Source: Rebecca billardiae RCC1528
Taxonomy: Eukaryota; Protista; Haptophyta
Direction: 5' to 3'
Length of the DNA: 64,000 bases
Assembly: GCA_965240325.2 (NCBI GenBank)
Contig: OZ251249.1
Span: forward strand, 744,001-808,000
Both the position numbers and the translations under genes were made by a program. The notes beneath the pieces are model-generated. The model was not told where the DNA came from and ran no database searches. It worked only from the letters and a program-made list of their open reading frames with translations. Shown piece by piece: positions 1-12,200 of this stretch (positions within the stretch are counted from its first letter, which is position 1; each line of letters begins with the position of its first letter).

Positions 1-416
1 GCGAGGTGCTGCGCACGCCGCCGCCCGTGGGCAACGTGCGCGGCAGCGTCGCCGAGCGCTGCTACTTTTTGGCCCAGGAGTACCCGGAGCCGGACTTTTT
101 GGCCCAGGAGTACCCGGAGCCGGAGCCGGACGCTCCGCGGTCCGGGGACTCCGGCTCCGTGCCGTGGGCCTCGGCGGGCGGCGCGGCGGGCCTGGCGCAC
201 GGGCGGCTGAGCGTCGGCCGGCTTGCCACGCAGGGGGGCGTCCCAGAGGCGGCGCGCGTGGCCACCGAGTGCCTCGGGCTGCGCGAGGCGGCGTGGCGGC
301 ACTACACGAGCGCGTGCGCGGACAGGGGCAGCAAGGACGGCAACTTCTCCGTCGCAGACACACCGTGGGACGGCGCACGCGGCCCACGCGCCGCAGTCCT
401 CGGCGTGGTCCGATGA
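1..416 (+). CDS. 3' end of a gene entering from the left (hypothetical protein, partial)
   Basis: Open GC-rich frame to a stop at 414-416, followed by an AT-richer intergenic stretch; contains an in-frame 30-bp duplication. No recognisable motif. Confidence 0.45.
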   Translation, partial: EVLRTPPPVGNVRGSVAERCYFLAQEYPEPDFLAQEYPEPEPDAPRSGDSGSVPWASAGGAAGLAHGRLSVGRLATQGGVPEAARVATECLGLREAAWRHYTSACADRGSKDGNFSVADTPWDGARGPRAAVLGVVR

Positions 417-735
417 CAGCGTCGTCGGCATTGAGATTGATGTGATGATGAATCGTCACCATGATGAACGATTGCGTGCTATACTGCTGATCGAGTGATC
501 GCGTGCGATGCGGATGCCGACCACTGTGACTTCGGGGAGTTCGTGTCGTGTTTGATGTGAGATGTCAGTCTGGTCAATGTTGAATGTGGTCGCAGCGTCG
601 TTAATGACGACGAATACCGGCGACAGTTGGCGTCAATCAGCCCAGAGCGGTAAACTGTACTACGTACTAATGCATTATTGTGCCAAGTGATGACGATGAT
701 GATACTACTAGCAGTCTACTACTCATCATCAGGAG

Positions 736-2274
736 ATGCGGACGACGTATCGCTTCGTCAGCCGCGACGAGATGGCTACAGCCTGCTTGTGCGCCGCCGC
801 CACCGTGTGGCTGCAGGTGGCGGCCGCACCGCTCGGACGACGCGTCCACCCGCAGGAGCTGGCGCCACCGGGCGAGTTGCGCGCGGTCGTGCACATAGGC
901 CCGCAGAAGACGGCGTCCACAGCGTTGCAGCGCGCGCTGATCGGTTCGGCCGGCGGTGGGCGGCTGCGCATGATCACGCGCCACGTTGACCACTTCGACG
1001 TGCCATCCAGGCTCCCGGGGCGCTGGGGAGGGCAGATGAACCACGGCAACCTGGCGGCTGCAATCAGGCAGCCCAACGGCTCGGCGCTCCTGGGCGACCG
1101 CCAGGCGCAGGCCGTCCTTCGCGTGCTGCGCGAGCACGTGTCGCGAGCGCGCGACGCGCGGCACCACCTGCTCCTCTCGAGCGAGCTCTTCTCGAGCGCC
1201 GACGCGCGGCCCGAGCTGCTCGTCGGCGCGCTGCTCCCTACGCACGCCGTGCACGTCGTCCTCGTCTACAGGCGCTTCTTCGACTGGGCGGTGAGCATGC
1301 ACTTCCAGCGCTTTCGAGACGTGCGGCAGAGCCCGAAGCAGGCGGACCCGAGCCGGCGCGTGCTGTGGCGCCGGGCGCACCAGCACGTGCCGCTCGTCGG
1401 CTACCTCTCGCGGCTGCTCGGCGACGCCGACTCTGCCGATCGGGGCCACTGGGCCGGCACCGCGTACGACATGTGGTCCGGCGCAGCGCCCGGCGCGCGC
1501 GTGCTCGTCGTCGATTTCCACGAGAACACGCGCGCGCCGCTGCTCACGCGTTTCGTGTGCGAGGCGATGCGCGCGCGCTCGGGGTGCGCGTGGCTCACGC
1601 GCTCGAAGAACGGCGCGAAGCTTGCCTCGGAGCGGCGCAACGAGGCCTGGTCGGGGACGCCCATGCCCGTCGTCGACGTCGTCTCCGCCGCGGTCGTCGC
1701 GGGCGTCATCCCCGCACAGGTCGCCAACGTGACGGCAAGGCACAGCGCGATGCTGGCCGTTCAGAAGCGGCTGCGCCCAGACGACCACGGCCGGCATCCC
1801 GGCGGCATGCACGGTGACCTGGTGATCCCCCCCGTGTGCCTGGCCGCCGGGGAGCTGGACAGGCTGTGGCGCTTCTCTCTCGCCGAGGAGCGGCGGCTGG
1901 TGCCGCGCGGACACGACGCCACGCGGCTGCGCGCACGCTTTGACGCCGCGGTTGCGGCACGGCTCTTCTGCTCGGCAGACACGGCGGCCGTGCTTGCAAA
2001 CGAGACCTGGCTGCGGGTCCTTCGGGACCCGCACACCTACGCCAGGCAGGAGGCGGAGGAAAACGCCGCGAGACCAGCCCTCGAGGCCGGCGCCGAGGTG
2101 CTCCAGTGTCGTCTGCGGTGGCGGCGGCGCGTCGCCGTTGCGGCGCTGGCGCTGGTCGTCCCGTCGGTGTTTGCGGGCTCCGCTCTCCTTGCCGTGTACG
2201 GCCTCTACGCAAGGGCGGAGTGGGCTAGATCTATGCCTGGAATACGGATGACCCACAAGGAAGCAAGATGCTGA
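736..2274 (+). CDS. Sulfotransferase-like (P-loop, PAPS-binding) membrane-anchored protein
   Basis: N-terminal hydrophobic signal; VVHIGPQKTASTALQ resembles the 5'-PSB motif; LVYRRFFDWAVSMHFQ resembles the 3'-PB motif; C-terminal TM helix. Single 512-aa ORF. Confidence 0.7.
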   Translation: MRTTYRFVSRDEMATACLCAAATVWLQVAAAPLGRRVHPQELAPPGELRAVVHIGPQKTASTALQRALIGSAGGGRLRMITRHVDHFDVPSRLPGRWGGQMNHGNLAAAIRQPNGSALLGDRQAQAVLRVLREHVSRARDARHHLLLSSELFSSADARPELLVGALLPTHAVHVVLVYRRFFDWAVSMHFQRFRDVRQSPKQADPSRRVLWRRAHQHVPLVGYLSRLLGDADSADRGHWAGTAYDMWSGAAPGARVLVVDFHENTRAPLLTRFVCEAMRARSGCAWLTRSKNGAKLASERRNEAWSGTPMPVVDVVSAAVVAGVIPAQVANVTARHSAMLAVQKRLRPDDHGRHPGGMHGDLVIPPVCLAAGELDRLWRFSLAEERRLVPRGHDATRLRARFDAAVAARLFCSADTAAVLANETWLRVLRDPHTYARQEAEENAARPALEAGAEVLQCRLRWRRRVAVAALALVVPSVFAGSALLAVYGLYARAEWARSMPGIRMTHKEARC

Positions 2275-2830
2275 TGACGACGACTTGCGGGCTCCGCAAT
2301 TCCGCGATCATCATCGTCAGTACATCACCTCGCGCACTGAGTCTCACGTCGTCCGTGACGCGCGGTCCGACTCGGTCGAGACTCGTGAGTCGGTCGGGCG
2401 TCACTTCCGCGGGCTACTTGCTGGGCGGCGTCGTGACTACTGCTTATAATATGCCCGCGCAGCGCTAGCAGACTATATAAGACGGCAGCCCGCGCGCCGG
2501 GTAGCCGGGCTGCGGGGCTGCTGCCGACACGACGATCGACGCGTCGCCGGGCTGATCGCGGCACGGCCGGCACGCTGCTGTTGCCACGGCTCCGAAGGCC
2601 GCCGCGCCGCGTCGCCGCCGATATGGCGCATCATCGTCAGGCGCACGGTCCGACAAAGTATCATATACTGATGGCAAACGTCTGAAACGACCACGTAGTG
2701 CGCCGAGTCATCCGCGGGCGGCGCTGCTCCGCTAGTAGACGCAGTAGTGATGCGTAGTATAGTGTCACGGCCGGTCGGCGGTCCGATCGGTCTGCGCCTT
2801 CTCGCCGCAATCGAAGCACGTACCGTCCCA

Positions 2831-5800
2831 CTACGCGCCGCCGCCGCCGCCGCCATCGGCGTCGCCCGCGGCAGCCGACGATGCGCATGCCGATAGCGCT
2901 GGCGGCGCCTTGCCACTGGCAACGCCATCAGCCGGGCGGTCTGACATCCAAGGTGTCATCCACGGTGGATGTGTGCAGGAGTGGGGCGCCAGGGGCTGCG
3001 GCGCGCCGCCGCCGGGCGCGCACGACTCGCGCCCCTTTGGCGGCGCCCGCTTGGGCGCCGCGCCCGTGGCGACTGCCGGGTCGGCGGCGCGCGCCTCCCG
3101 CCGCAGCGCCCACGCGTCCGCCGCTGGGCCCGCCGTGCGCGCACGTGCGCCGCCCGCGCCGCCGCCGCGCAGCAGGCGCGCAGTGCGCGAGCCTGGCGGC
3201 GCGCGCGCGCGCGGCCATGCGGGGCTGCGCCTCCCGCTGCCGCCCGAGAAGCTGCGGCGGCCGGGCGAGAGGCGCGGGCGGCCAGCCTGCAGCAGCACAT
3301 CCGCGGCGACCGGCTGGATCGCGTGCAGGTACGCCTGCAGCGTGGAGCCGTGCCGCAGCTGCGAGGCGGGCGGACGAACCGACACGAGCGCGAGCGCGCC
3401 GAGATTCAATCTCGCGCCCTGCTCGAGAAAGCCGTACCTCACGTCCGCGTGGTCGACGAGCCCGACGCCCGGAGATTCAATCTCGTGCGTGACGGGCAGG
3501 TGGCGGCGCACGCGGTCCATCGGCTGGTAGTCGAGCGCGAGCGCGCCGTGCGTGGCCACGCGCGAGACGCCGAGCTCGGCGGTTGAGGTGAACCTCACGC
3601 GCTGCCGGCTGCCGTCGCCGCCGGCGTCGCTCGCGCCGCCGCCGCCCGCGGTGCGCAGCGCGCCGGCGCAGCGCGCGGCGGGCGCGATCGGCGCGGCGCG
3701 TGGCTGCGCCGACGCGCGGCGAGACTCGCGCTCGCGGCGCGTGCCGAGCCTATGCCTGGGCGCGCCGCCTCCGCCGACGGCCGCGCCGTCACCGTCCGGC
3801 GCGCGCGCGGGCGGTGCACCTGCGAGCGTCCGGCGCAGCGGGCCAAGGCCCTGGCTTGGGGAGGCAGCGGGTGCGTGCGGCCGCGTGCGCAGCGAGGCGA
3901 TGCGCTGCTGCCGCGCCGCCACCTTCACGAACTGCTCCGCGTTGAGCAGGCACCCCTTCAGGATGAGCCGGCCGAGCAGCGCGCGCACCTCCGCCGCCCG
4001 GCCGCGGCGCAACCCGTCTTCGGCGGCGCTCACGCCAATCATCAGGTGTGCCGTCCCGCGGACCGTCGAAGTGCGCACCTGCGCGCGCGCGCGGCCGACG
4101 CGGCGGGTCGGGGGGTGGGCAGGGGCGATGGCGGGGGGCGGGTGTGAGGGCGCACGGGCGGGCGTGCCACACCCGCCAGCCAAAGCGCGGCGCGCCGTGC
4201 GGAGGACTGTGCAGCCGGCCGGCCAGCGGCGCGCGCTGCGGTCGGCGCGCGCGGCACGCTGTGCGACGCGTGCCCACTCCCTCAGGGTGGGCCCCAGGCC
4301 GCCGCTTGTCCCCGTCGACCCAACCGCCCCGCCCCGGCCCCGGCCGCCCCGCGATCTCGCTCACACCCGCGCCTCGCACCGCCCCGCGCCATGCGCCGTG
4401 CGCTGTGCGCTGTGCGCGCCGCGCCGCCCGGCCGCCCACCCGCGCTCGCGCGGCGCGTGCGCGCGGCATCGCGAGTGCGCGCAGCGCGTGCGTGTGCGTG
4501 GCGTGTGCGGTGCGTGCTTACCGAGAGAAACGCCTGGCGGAACTGCGTGATGGCGGCGAGCAGCGCGAGCGGCGCGTACAGCGTGAAGTGCGTCACGCGC
4601 CCCAGCACGACGCGCTCAAACTCCGCCTCGGCCGCCTCTGAGGAGAAGGGCGGCGCGCGGCGGAGGAGTTTACTACCGCCGAGTCCGCCGCCGAGTCCGC
4701 CGCCGAGTCCGCCGCCGAGTCCGCCGCCGAGTCCGCCACCGCCGAGTCCGCCGCCGCCGCCGCAGCTGGCGCCGCCGCCGCCAGCGCCGCCGCCGGCGGC
4801 ACAACCGCCGGCGCAGCCCGAGTGCGCGTCGGTGCCCGCACCGGCCGCCAGCGCCGGCCGCGGCGGCGAGCCCGCACCGACGCCGCCATCCGGTGCAGGC
4901 GGTGCGCCGCCCGCGCCGCCCGCGCCTGGCCGCGCGGGCTCAGAAGGTTGGGCCGCCGCGCGCGGGCGCACGCGCCCGGCGCTCTCGTCGGCGCCGGCGG
5001 CGGCGCCGGGCTGCTCGGTGAACATGCGCGTGAACCACTCGCGGTCGCAGCGCTCCGGGAGCCCTGCGCGCTCGCGCGAGCCCGGCGGCGCGCACACGCG
5101 CACCCACAGCCGACGGAGCGAATCCGCATGCGCCTCGTGCAAGCGCGCGCCGATTGCTCCGCCGTGAACTCCGAGTGTCGCGAAGAGCTCCGCCGGCACC
5201 CGGCATGCGGTGGAGAGGTGGCGCGAGATGACGACGAGCGGGACGCCGAACTCCTGGCACGCGCGGTACACGTACTGCGCGGCGGCCATGTCGCTCGAGT
5301 TGGACGCGGCCGACGGGTCCGGCGCGAAGCGGAGTCCGGAGCCCGGACCAGCGTGCGCGGCGGCGTGCGCGGCGGGCGAGGCGGGCGCGGAGCGCGCGGC
5401 GCGCGCGGTAGGTGGCGCGCCCGCCGCGCAGAGATACGGCCGCACGGGCTGCGGCGCCGGCGAGTCGGGCCCGCGCGACGCGCCGCCCGCGCCCATCATG
5501 CCGAGCGAGCCGAGCGAGCTCTCCCGCCGCGTCGAGAGCGCCGGCGAGCCCAGGCTCCGCCGCTGCGCCGACTCGCGCCGCGCGCGCCGCGCCGTGTCCG
5601 CGTCGATGAACCGATACCGATGCGCATCGACGGCTCGCTCCGCGCCCTCCTGCCCGTCGGCGGCGGAGCACGCGCCCGAGCCGGCGCGGGCCTCGCGTGC
5701 CGCCGCCTCGCCGCCGCCGCCCACGCCGCCGAGCAGCCGGCCGAGCGCTCCCAGCGCTCCGTCGGGCGCCGCCGCGCCACCGGGCGGCGCGCCGTCGGCC

Positions 5801-8288
5801 GCGCCGCCGCCCGACCCGCCCGCCGCCGCGGCCGCGTCCACCGCATCTGGGTCGACAGCCAGGCCGTACACGATCACCTCGAGCGTCTTCTCGCGGAAGA
5901 GCTGCGGCTCGTCCGAGACGAACTTGGCCGCGTCGGTCAGCCCCGCTGGCAGCACGAGCGTGATCCCTGTCGGCAGCGCGGACGCGTAAGCGGCCCTCAG
6001 AAAATCGGCGCCATAGTGAATCTCCTCCTCAGCCGGCGGCGCGGCGGCGCCGGCGGCGCCGGCGGCGGCGGCGCGGCGGCGCGCGGGCGGTGGCGGTGGT
6101 GGGCGCTTCGCGCCGAGCACGCCGACGGGGACGTGGTGCAGCCCGAGCTCGTCGAGCGTGCGCCGCACCGCGCGCGCCTGCCGCGCCACCGCGTGCGCAG
6201 GCACTGGCGTCGGCTCGGCGCGCAGCGAGCCGTCGGCCGCGAGCCGCGAGGGCGCGTGCACGCCAATCGCCACGCCGAGGCAGAGCACCACGCCCTCCTC
6301 GACGAGCGCGCGCAGGAGTGCGAAGCCGAGCTCCTCGTCGACCGTGCTCTCATCCTCTCGCAGCCGCGTGACCAGCACGACCTGCGCCTTCCGCCGGTGG
6401 TCCAGCAGCAGCCCTGTGATCAGCCCGTGCCGCATGTAACCGCGGAGTAACCGACGGTCGCGCACGCACGGCCGCTCCGGGCTCACGCCGATGAGACGGT
6501 GCGTGGCGCCGTTCACGCGCACCCGCTGCGGCGCGAAGAGCTGCGCCTGCAGCGAGGGCACCGCGGCGAGCAGCGCGAGCACGTCGTACAGGTTGAACTG
6601 CTGCACTGCGCGCACGCACACAACGCGAAGGCGCGCGCGCGCACGCGAGGCCCGCGGGGAGAGGGCGGGGCGGCGCGCGGCGCGCGGCCAGGGCCCAGTG
6701 ATTCAGCCAGCCGGGCGCGTCGGCGGCCGCGCGCACGGCGCGCGGCGCGCGCGCGCTCGGTGCCGCGGGCCTCGCCGCGGCGCACGGCTGACGGCGGGCG
6801 GGCATGGCGCGGCGGCCGACGCGCGGCGTGGCCGACGCGCGGCGCGCCACCCACCCAGGTCCCAGATGGGCTCCGTCGGGCCGCGCGCCGCCACCTCCGC
6901 CGAGCTTTCCAGGAAAGTTCGCGCAAACCACGCGCGGTCGCAGCGCGCAGGCAGGCCCAGACGGTCAGCCGAGCCCTGCGGCGCGCACGCGCGCTGCCAG
7001 AGCAGCTCAATCGTCGAGCGCTGCGCGTTGCGCAGCCGCCAGCCGATCAGGGAGCCTGTCGCGGCCAGCTCGTCGTAGACGGTGCGAGGCGCCGGCACGG
7101 CGTCTGCGGTGGCGCGTGCGCCGCGCGGAGCGGCGCGCGCGCGGCGCACCCGCGAGGCGGCCGCGCGCGTGCGCGGGTGCGAGCGACGCGTCAGCCACGC
7201 AAGCGGCGGGGGCGCAGGGACGCAGGCGCGCCAATGCTCGGGGCCGCGCGCGGATCGGCGCCCGCCCGGCGCCTGGGCGCGGCGGGCGCGCCGCATCGCC
7301 TTTGTCGCGCATCTGCCGGCACCGCGCCGCGCCACGCCCTTCCCACGCCGCGCCGCGCCGCGCCCGCGCCCGCGCCCGCGCCGCGCCGCGCCGCGCCGCG
7401 CCGCGCCGCGCCGCGCGCACATGCGGCAAAGCGAGAGACAATCACCATGGGCACAGCGAGCTCCTGCAGCCGGCGGTAGACGAAGATGGACGACTCCTTG
7501 GCGAAGAGGTTGTTGTGCGCCTCGTCCGGCTCGAGGTAGCGCTCGAGCCGCACGGTGCCGCGCGACCGCTCGGCGCCGCCTTCGGCCGAGCCGGCCGCGG
7601 CCGTCGCGGAGGCCGCACCCGAGTGAGCGGCCGAGTCGGCGCGCGCGGCCGCCGCGGGCTGGCGGCGGAGGAGGTCCTCCGGCAGGCCGCGCACGCCGCC
7701 CATGATCACCACCGTCTTCACCTTCGCGACGAACAGCCGCTCGTTGTCGCGCAGGAAGAGCGCCAGGTCCTTCAGGCTGGAGCAGCACAGCACGGTCAGC
7801 GAGCGCGGCCGCGCCTCTTCGAGCGTGCGCCTCAGGAGGAAGCGGCCGGGCAGCAGCGAGTACGAGCGCTCGGTCGACTCGCCGGGGACGTACGGGCTCA
7901 TCTCGGTGAACGTGTCCTCGTACGCCGTGCTGCCGCCGTCCGTCCCGTGCCCCACCGGAACGTGGTGCAGCCCCAGCAGGTCAAACGTGCCGCGCAGGAA
8001 GCGTGCGCGCGCGTACGACGGGTGCAGGTTGGCGATGGCGCAGCGCACGTCGACGAGCTTGAGCTCGACGAGGTAGCGGAGCATCAGGTACGCCATCTCG
8101 TCGTCCAGGTCCGCGCCCGGGTCGGTGAACAGCACGAGCTGTGTGCGGCGCCCGGCCTCGACGCTCGCGAGGCGGCGGCGCGCCGCGCCGCCCGCGAGCG
8201 CGCCGAACGCGAGCGCGAGGAGGAGCGCCACGCCGAGGCCGAGCACGGAGGCCTGCAGGTCCGCCTCGAGCGCGCCCCACGACTCCAT
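2831..8288 (-). CDS. Membrane-anchored protein with two tandem nucleoside-hydrolase-fold (IU-NH / XopQ-HopQ1-like) domains; multi-exon
   Basis: N-terminal TM, then LFTDPGADLDDE, GLHHVPVG, VVIMGG, HNN and FNLYDVLALL; a second degenerate copy follows. Predicted GT-AG introns at 7420-7104, 6854-6606 and 4521-4079 join the frames. The 3' end is less certain. Confidence 0.75.
4676..4750. repeat. 12-bp tandem repeat (GCCGCCGAGTCC) encoding a GGGL linker
   Basis: About 6 visible copies within the NH-like gene. Confidence 0.85.
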
Positions 8289-9053
8289 CCCAGCCCGCCG
8301 TGCGCTGCGGCCGCGGGTAAGTGGGCTTGGCTCCGGCAATGGCGCCCGTCGATCCTGGTCAGGAAGCCACTCCTTCGATCAGGCTCGCTCGGCTTCTGCC
8401 GCTCATCGGCGTGCGAACCAACCCTGTATGATGACGGGCTTTTTTTCCTTCTAGCTTCGTCGTCGCGATACTTTTCATCAATTTGAAATGGCGGGCCGTT
8501 TGTTGGCTTGTACTGCGGTTCGATCGGCGAAATCGGCATGTGTGTCTGTGTGGGCTGTGGCTGGCACCCATCATGATTCATGTTGCTGTCGCCTTGTCAG
8601 CCGCGCGGCTGCGTCACTCCGATATGCGCGCGTCATCCGTCAAACGTGACGATCATCGTCGACAAACAATATCGATCTGCTGCTCATTTCATGCCCGCTC
8701 GTGCGGCGGCCCGATAGCCGACGATAGCGCCGTGCGTCGCGACGCCCCCGCCCGTGCGGCGGGCGCGGCGCTGCCACGCGTCAGTCAGACACGTCGTCAT
8801 CTCCGACGGGGCCGGCCAGCACGGCACATGTGCCCCTGATCCCATCCCCTCCCCTCCAGCCTCCTCCGTCGTCCCCACGCAAGTGTGCATATCTCATGGG
8901 TGGCGCCACACCGCCGCAGCCGGCGGCGCTGACCCGGCAGCCGACCGGCCGGCGGCCGCGCTGGGCAGGCGGAGGCCGCCCAGCCAATCCGGCCTGCTTG
9001 CCGCCCGGCCGCCCGTGCAGAGGCCCCCTCCGGTGTGGGCGAGCTCGTGCTTA

Positions 9054-9205
9054 TCAGTCCCCTGGCCACCACGCCCCGCTCGTGTCCGCTGCAGACGCCG
9101 CGCCCACCGGCACCGCCGCCGCGGCGGCCATACCGCCCGCCTCTGCGGCAGCGGCCATGGGCACCGGCGCCTCCTCAGCCCCGACCACCAGCGCATCCGC
9201 CGCCG

Positions 9206-9236
<31 letters not shown>

Positions 9237-12200
9237 CGACTCCGCACCCGCCGTGGAAGTGGCGGCGAGCGCGTCTGAGCTGACCGCGGCCGACGCGGCA
9301 GCGGCGGCGGAGACGGCGTTCGCCGTCGGCGGCGAGGCGTACCCGCCCGAGGCGTAACCGCCGGAGGCGGGCGCGCCCGAGGCGTAACCGCCGGAGGCGT
9401 AACCGCCGGAGGCGTAACCGCCGTTCTGCTGCGGCCGCGCCGCAGGGCCGCGCGTCGAGGTGACGGCGCGGTCAGGGTGGCTGGGGGCGGGCGGGGCGCC
9501 GCCGGCGGCCGCGCCGGCGGCCACGCCGGTGGGTGCTAGGTTCGAATGGCGAGGCGAGTAGCCGCCGCCCACGCCGCCGCTGCTGGCGCCGCGCGGCGCG
9601 CGCGCGACGGGTGAGGCGGGGTGAGGGCGCGCGCGCGGTGGGCTCACGGCGTGCGCGCGGCCACGCACGCGGCGCGCGGCGCGGCGCGCAGCGGCGGCGC
9701 GGCGGCGCGCGGCGGCGGCGCGCACCGTGCTGAGCTCTTGGAGCCAGAGCCGGACTTTGCGCCACCGGACTGCGCGCCACCGGACCTCCCGGACTTTCCG
9801 GACTTGAGCGAGGCGGCGGGAGTGCCGGCGGGCGTGGACACGGATGAGATCACCGACGGCGGGCCCGAGTTGCCAACGGTCGACGTGGCGTTGGACGCGG
9901 CGGAGATCATGAAGGACTGGCCGCAGGACTGCCCAGCGGACGCGCCCGCGGCGTGCGCCTCGGCGTGTGCGCGCGCCTCGGCGGCCGCGGCCGCGCGCTG
10001 CTCTGCAAGCACGCGATTCGTCAGCGGCACCCCGGTCACCTCCGCGAGCTCGGCCTCCTCTGCGCGCGCCTTGTGCTCGGCCATCGCCGCCTCCCGACGA
10101 TCACGCCGCTCGCTCGCGAGCTGCGCGCGCGCGCCGATGCAGCGGGGCGCGCGCGCGCACACACACACGCGCGCACGCACACACACACGCGCGCGCACGC
10201 ACACACGCGGGCAAGGGCCCCGGGGCGGCAGCAGGTCGCGGCGCGCGTGTCAGCGCGGCACGCGTGTCAGCGCGGCGCGGCGCCCGTGGATGCGCCGCTC
10301 GTGTCGCCGCGCGGGTTGGCGGCTGACGACGCGCGGCCGCGGCGCGCGCCGGCGCTGCACCGCGGGGCGAGCTGCGCGGGGCAGAGAGGGCGGCGGGGAG
10401 AGCTGGGCGGGGCCAGGGCTGCCGCACCTTGAAGAGCCGAACCCCGGGCGCCTCGGCGCCGGCGCCGCCGCTCTCGGCCCCCGCGGGCTGCAGCTGCTGC
10501 TGCTGCTGTGTCTTCGCGCCGCCCTTGCCCGCGCCCGCCGCCGCCGCCGCCGGGCTGTGCTGATGGACCGTGGCCAGCGCAGTCTTAGCAAGCTCCTTGG
10601 CCGCCTTGGCCTCCGCGAGGCGCTTGGCCTCGGCCTTCGCCTCCTGGCGGTGCATCCGCTCGATGCCGGAGCGGTACAGACGGTCGTACGCGTCGCCCGC
10701 GCCCGGCGGCGGCGACGGCGGCGAAGGCGCGCCGGCGGGCGCGCCGGCGGCGGCGCCGCCCGCGCCCGCGGCGCCGCGCGGCGTGCGCGCCTTGCCGCCG
10801 GTCGACGCCGGCGTTGCGCCGCCGCCTTCGGCGCCGCCGCCGGGCGTTGAGGGCGCGAAGGGCGAGAGGTTCGCCGGCGGCGCGACGCGCTTGTGCACGC
10901 CCACCGTGTACGGCAGCGCGGACTCCTCCTTCGCGGCCGCCTCCGCGCGCTCCCTCAGGCTCGCGTGGTGCCGCTGGGCGTCCAGCCACAGCCGCTCGCA
11001 CCTGCGCACGGGCGGGTAAAGCGGGTAACGGGCGGGTAAAGCGGGTAAAGCGGGTAACGGGCGGGTAGGTGGCGGGGAGGTGGCGGGTGGAAGGGCGGGT
11101 GAGGAGCGGGCGGGCATGCGGCGGGTAGAGCGTGGGCACGGGGCCGCACGCACGGGCAGGGCAGGCCAAGGCGGGGCAGCAAACGCGCCGCGGCAGCGGC
11201 CGCGCGCCGCGGCGGCGCGCGCCGCCTGCGCGGTGGCGCGGTGGCGCGGTGCCGCTCGCGCCACCGCGCCCCCGGCGCGCGCGGCCGCGGCGCGGGGAGG
11301 CGCGCGCGGAGAGCGCACGCACCGCATGTCGAGCCCGAGGTTATGCTTGCCCGGCGGCGGCGTGCGCGGCGAGGGCTGCGCGCCCGAGCCCGCCGTCGCG
11401 GGCCGCTGCGGCGTGTGCTGGGCGCTCGCGCCCCCCGCGGCCTTGCGAGCGGACGCGCCGCCGCCGGGCGTCGGGGGCGCCGGCGTGGCGGAGCCGGCGT
11501 GCGGCGGCTGCCCGGCGGCCTCGGCGTCGCCGAGCAGCGCGTTCAGCATGCGCATGGCCTCCAGCTCGGCCGACGGCGGCACCGCCGGCCCCTCGCCCTC
11601 GCCGCGCGGCGTGCCGCCGCCGCTCCCGCCGCCGCCGCGCGCGCCGCTCATGCGGCCGGTCGCCGAGCGCGGCGTTCGCTTTGCGGCGGAGCCTGGGGCG
11701 GTGGTGGGGCGCGCGGCGGGCTCGGCGGCGTGGGGCAGCGAGGGCTTGCGCTGCGCGTACAGCCGGTCCCACGCGCGCTCCGCGCCGCCCTGCGCCGCCG
11801 CCGGCTCCGCCGCGCCCGGCGCGCCCGCCATCAGCTGCGCGACCTCGGCCGCAACCGACGCCCGATCGCGCTCGCGGGCCTTGAGCGCGCGCGCGGCGGC
11901 GGTGATCTGCGGCGGGGAGAAGGCGGCGGCCTCCTCGGCGAGGTAGGCGTTGCGGATGTCGTTCCGCCGCGCCGCGATCTGCTGCGCGTTCTGGTGCAGC
12001 CGCGAGCCCACGTCCGCCTCCGCCGGCTCGGCCGCGGCGGGCGCGCCCGCGTGCGCGGCCGCGCGCACAAACGCCGGCGCCGGGCGAGCGGTGATTCGGC
12101 CTGCCTTCAGCTCCTCCGCCTCCTGCGCGGCGGCGATGGCGCGGAGCTCGGCCTGGCGCTGCAGCCGGTCGAGGCCGTCGCTGTACAGCCGGCTCACCAC

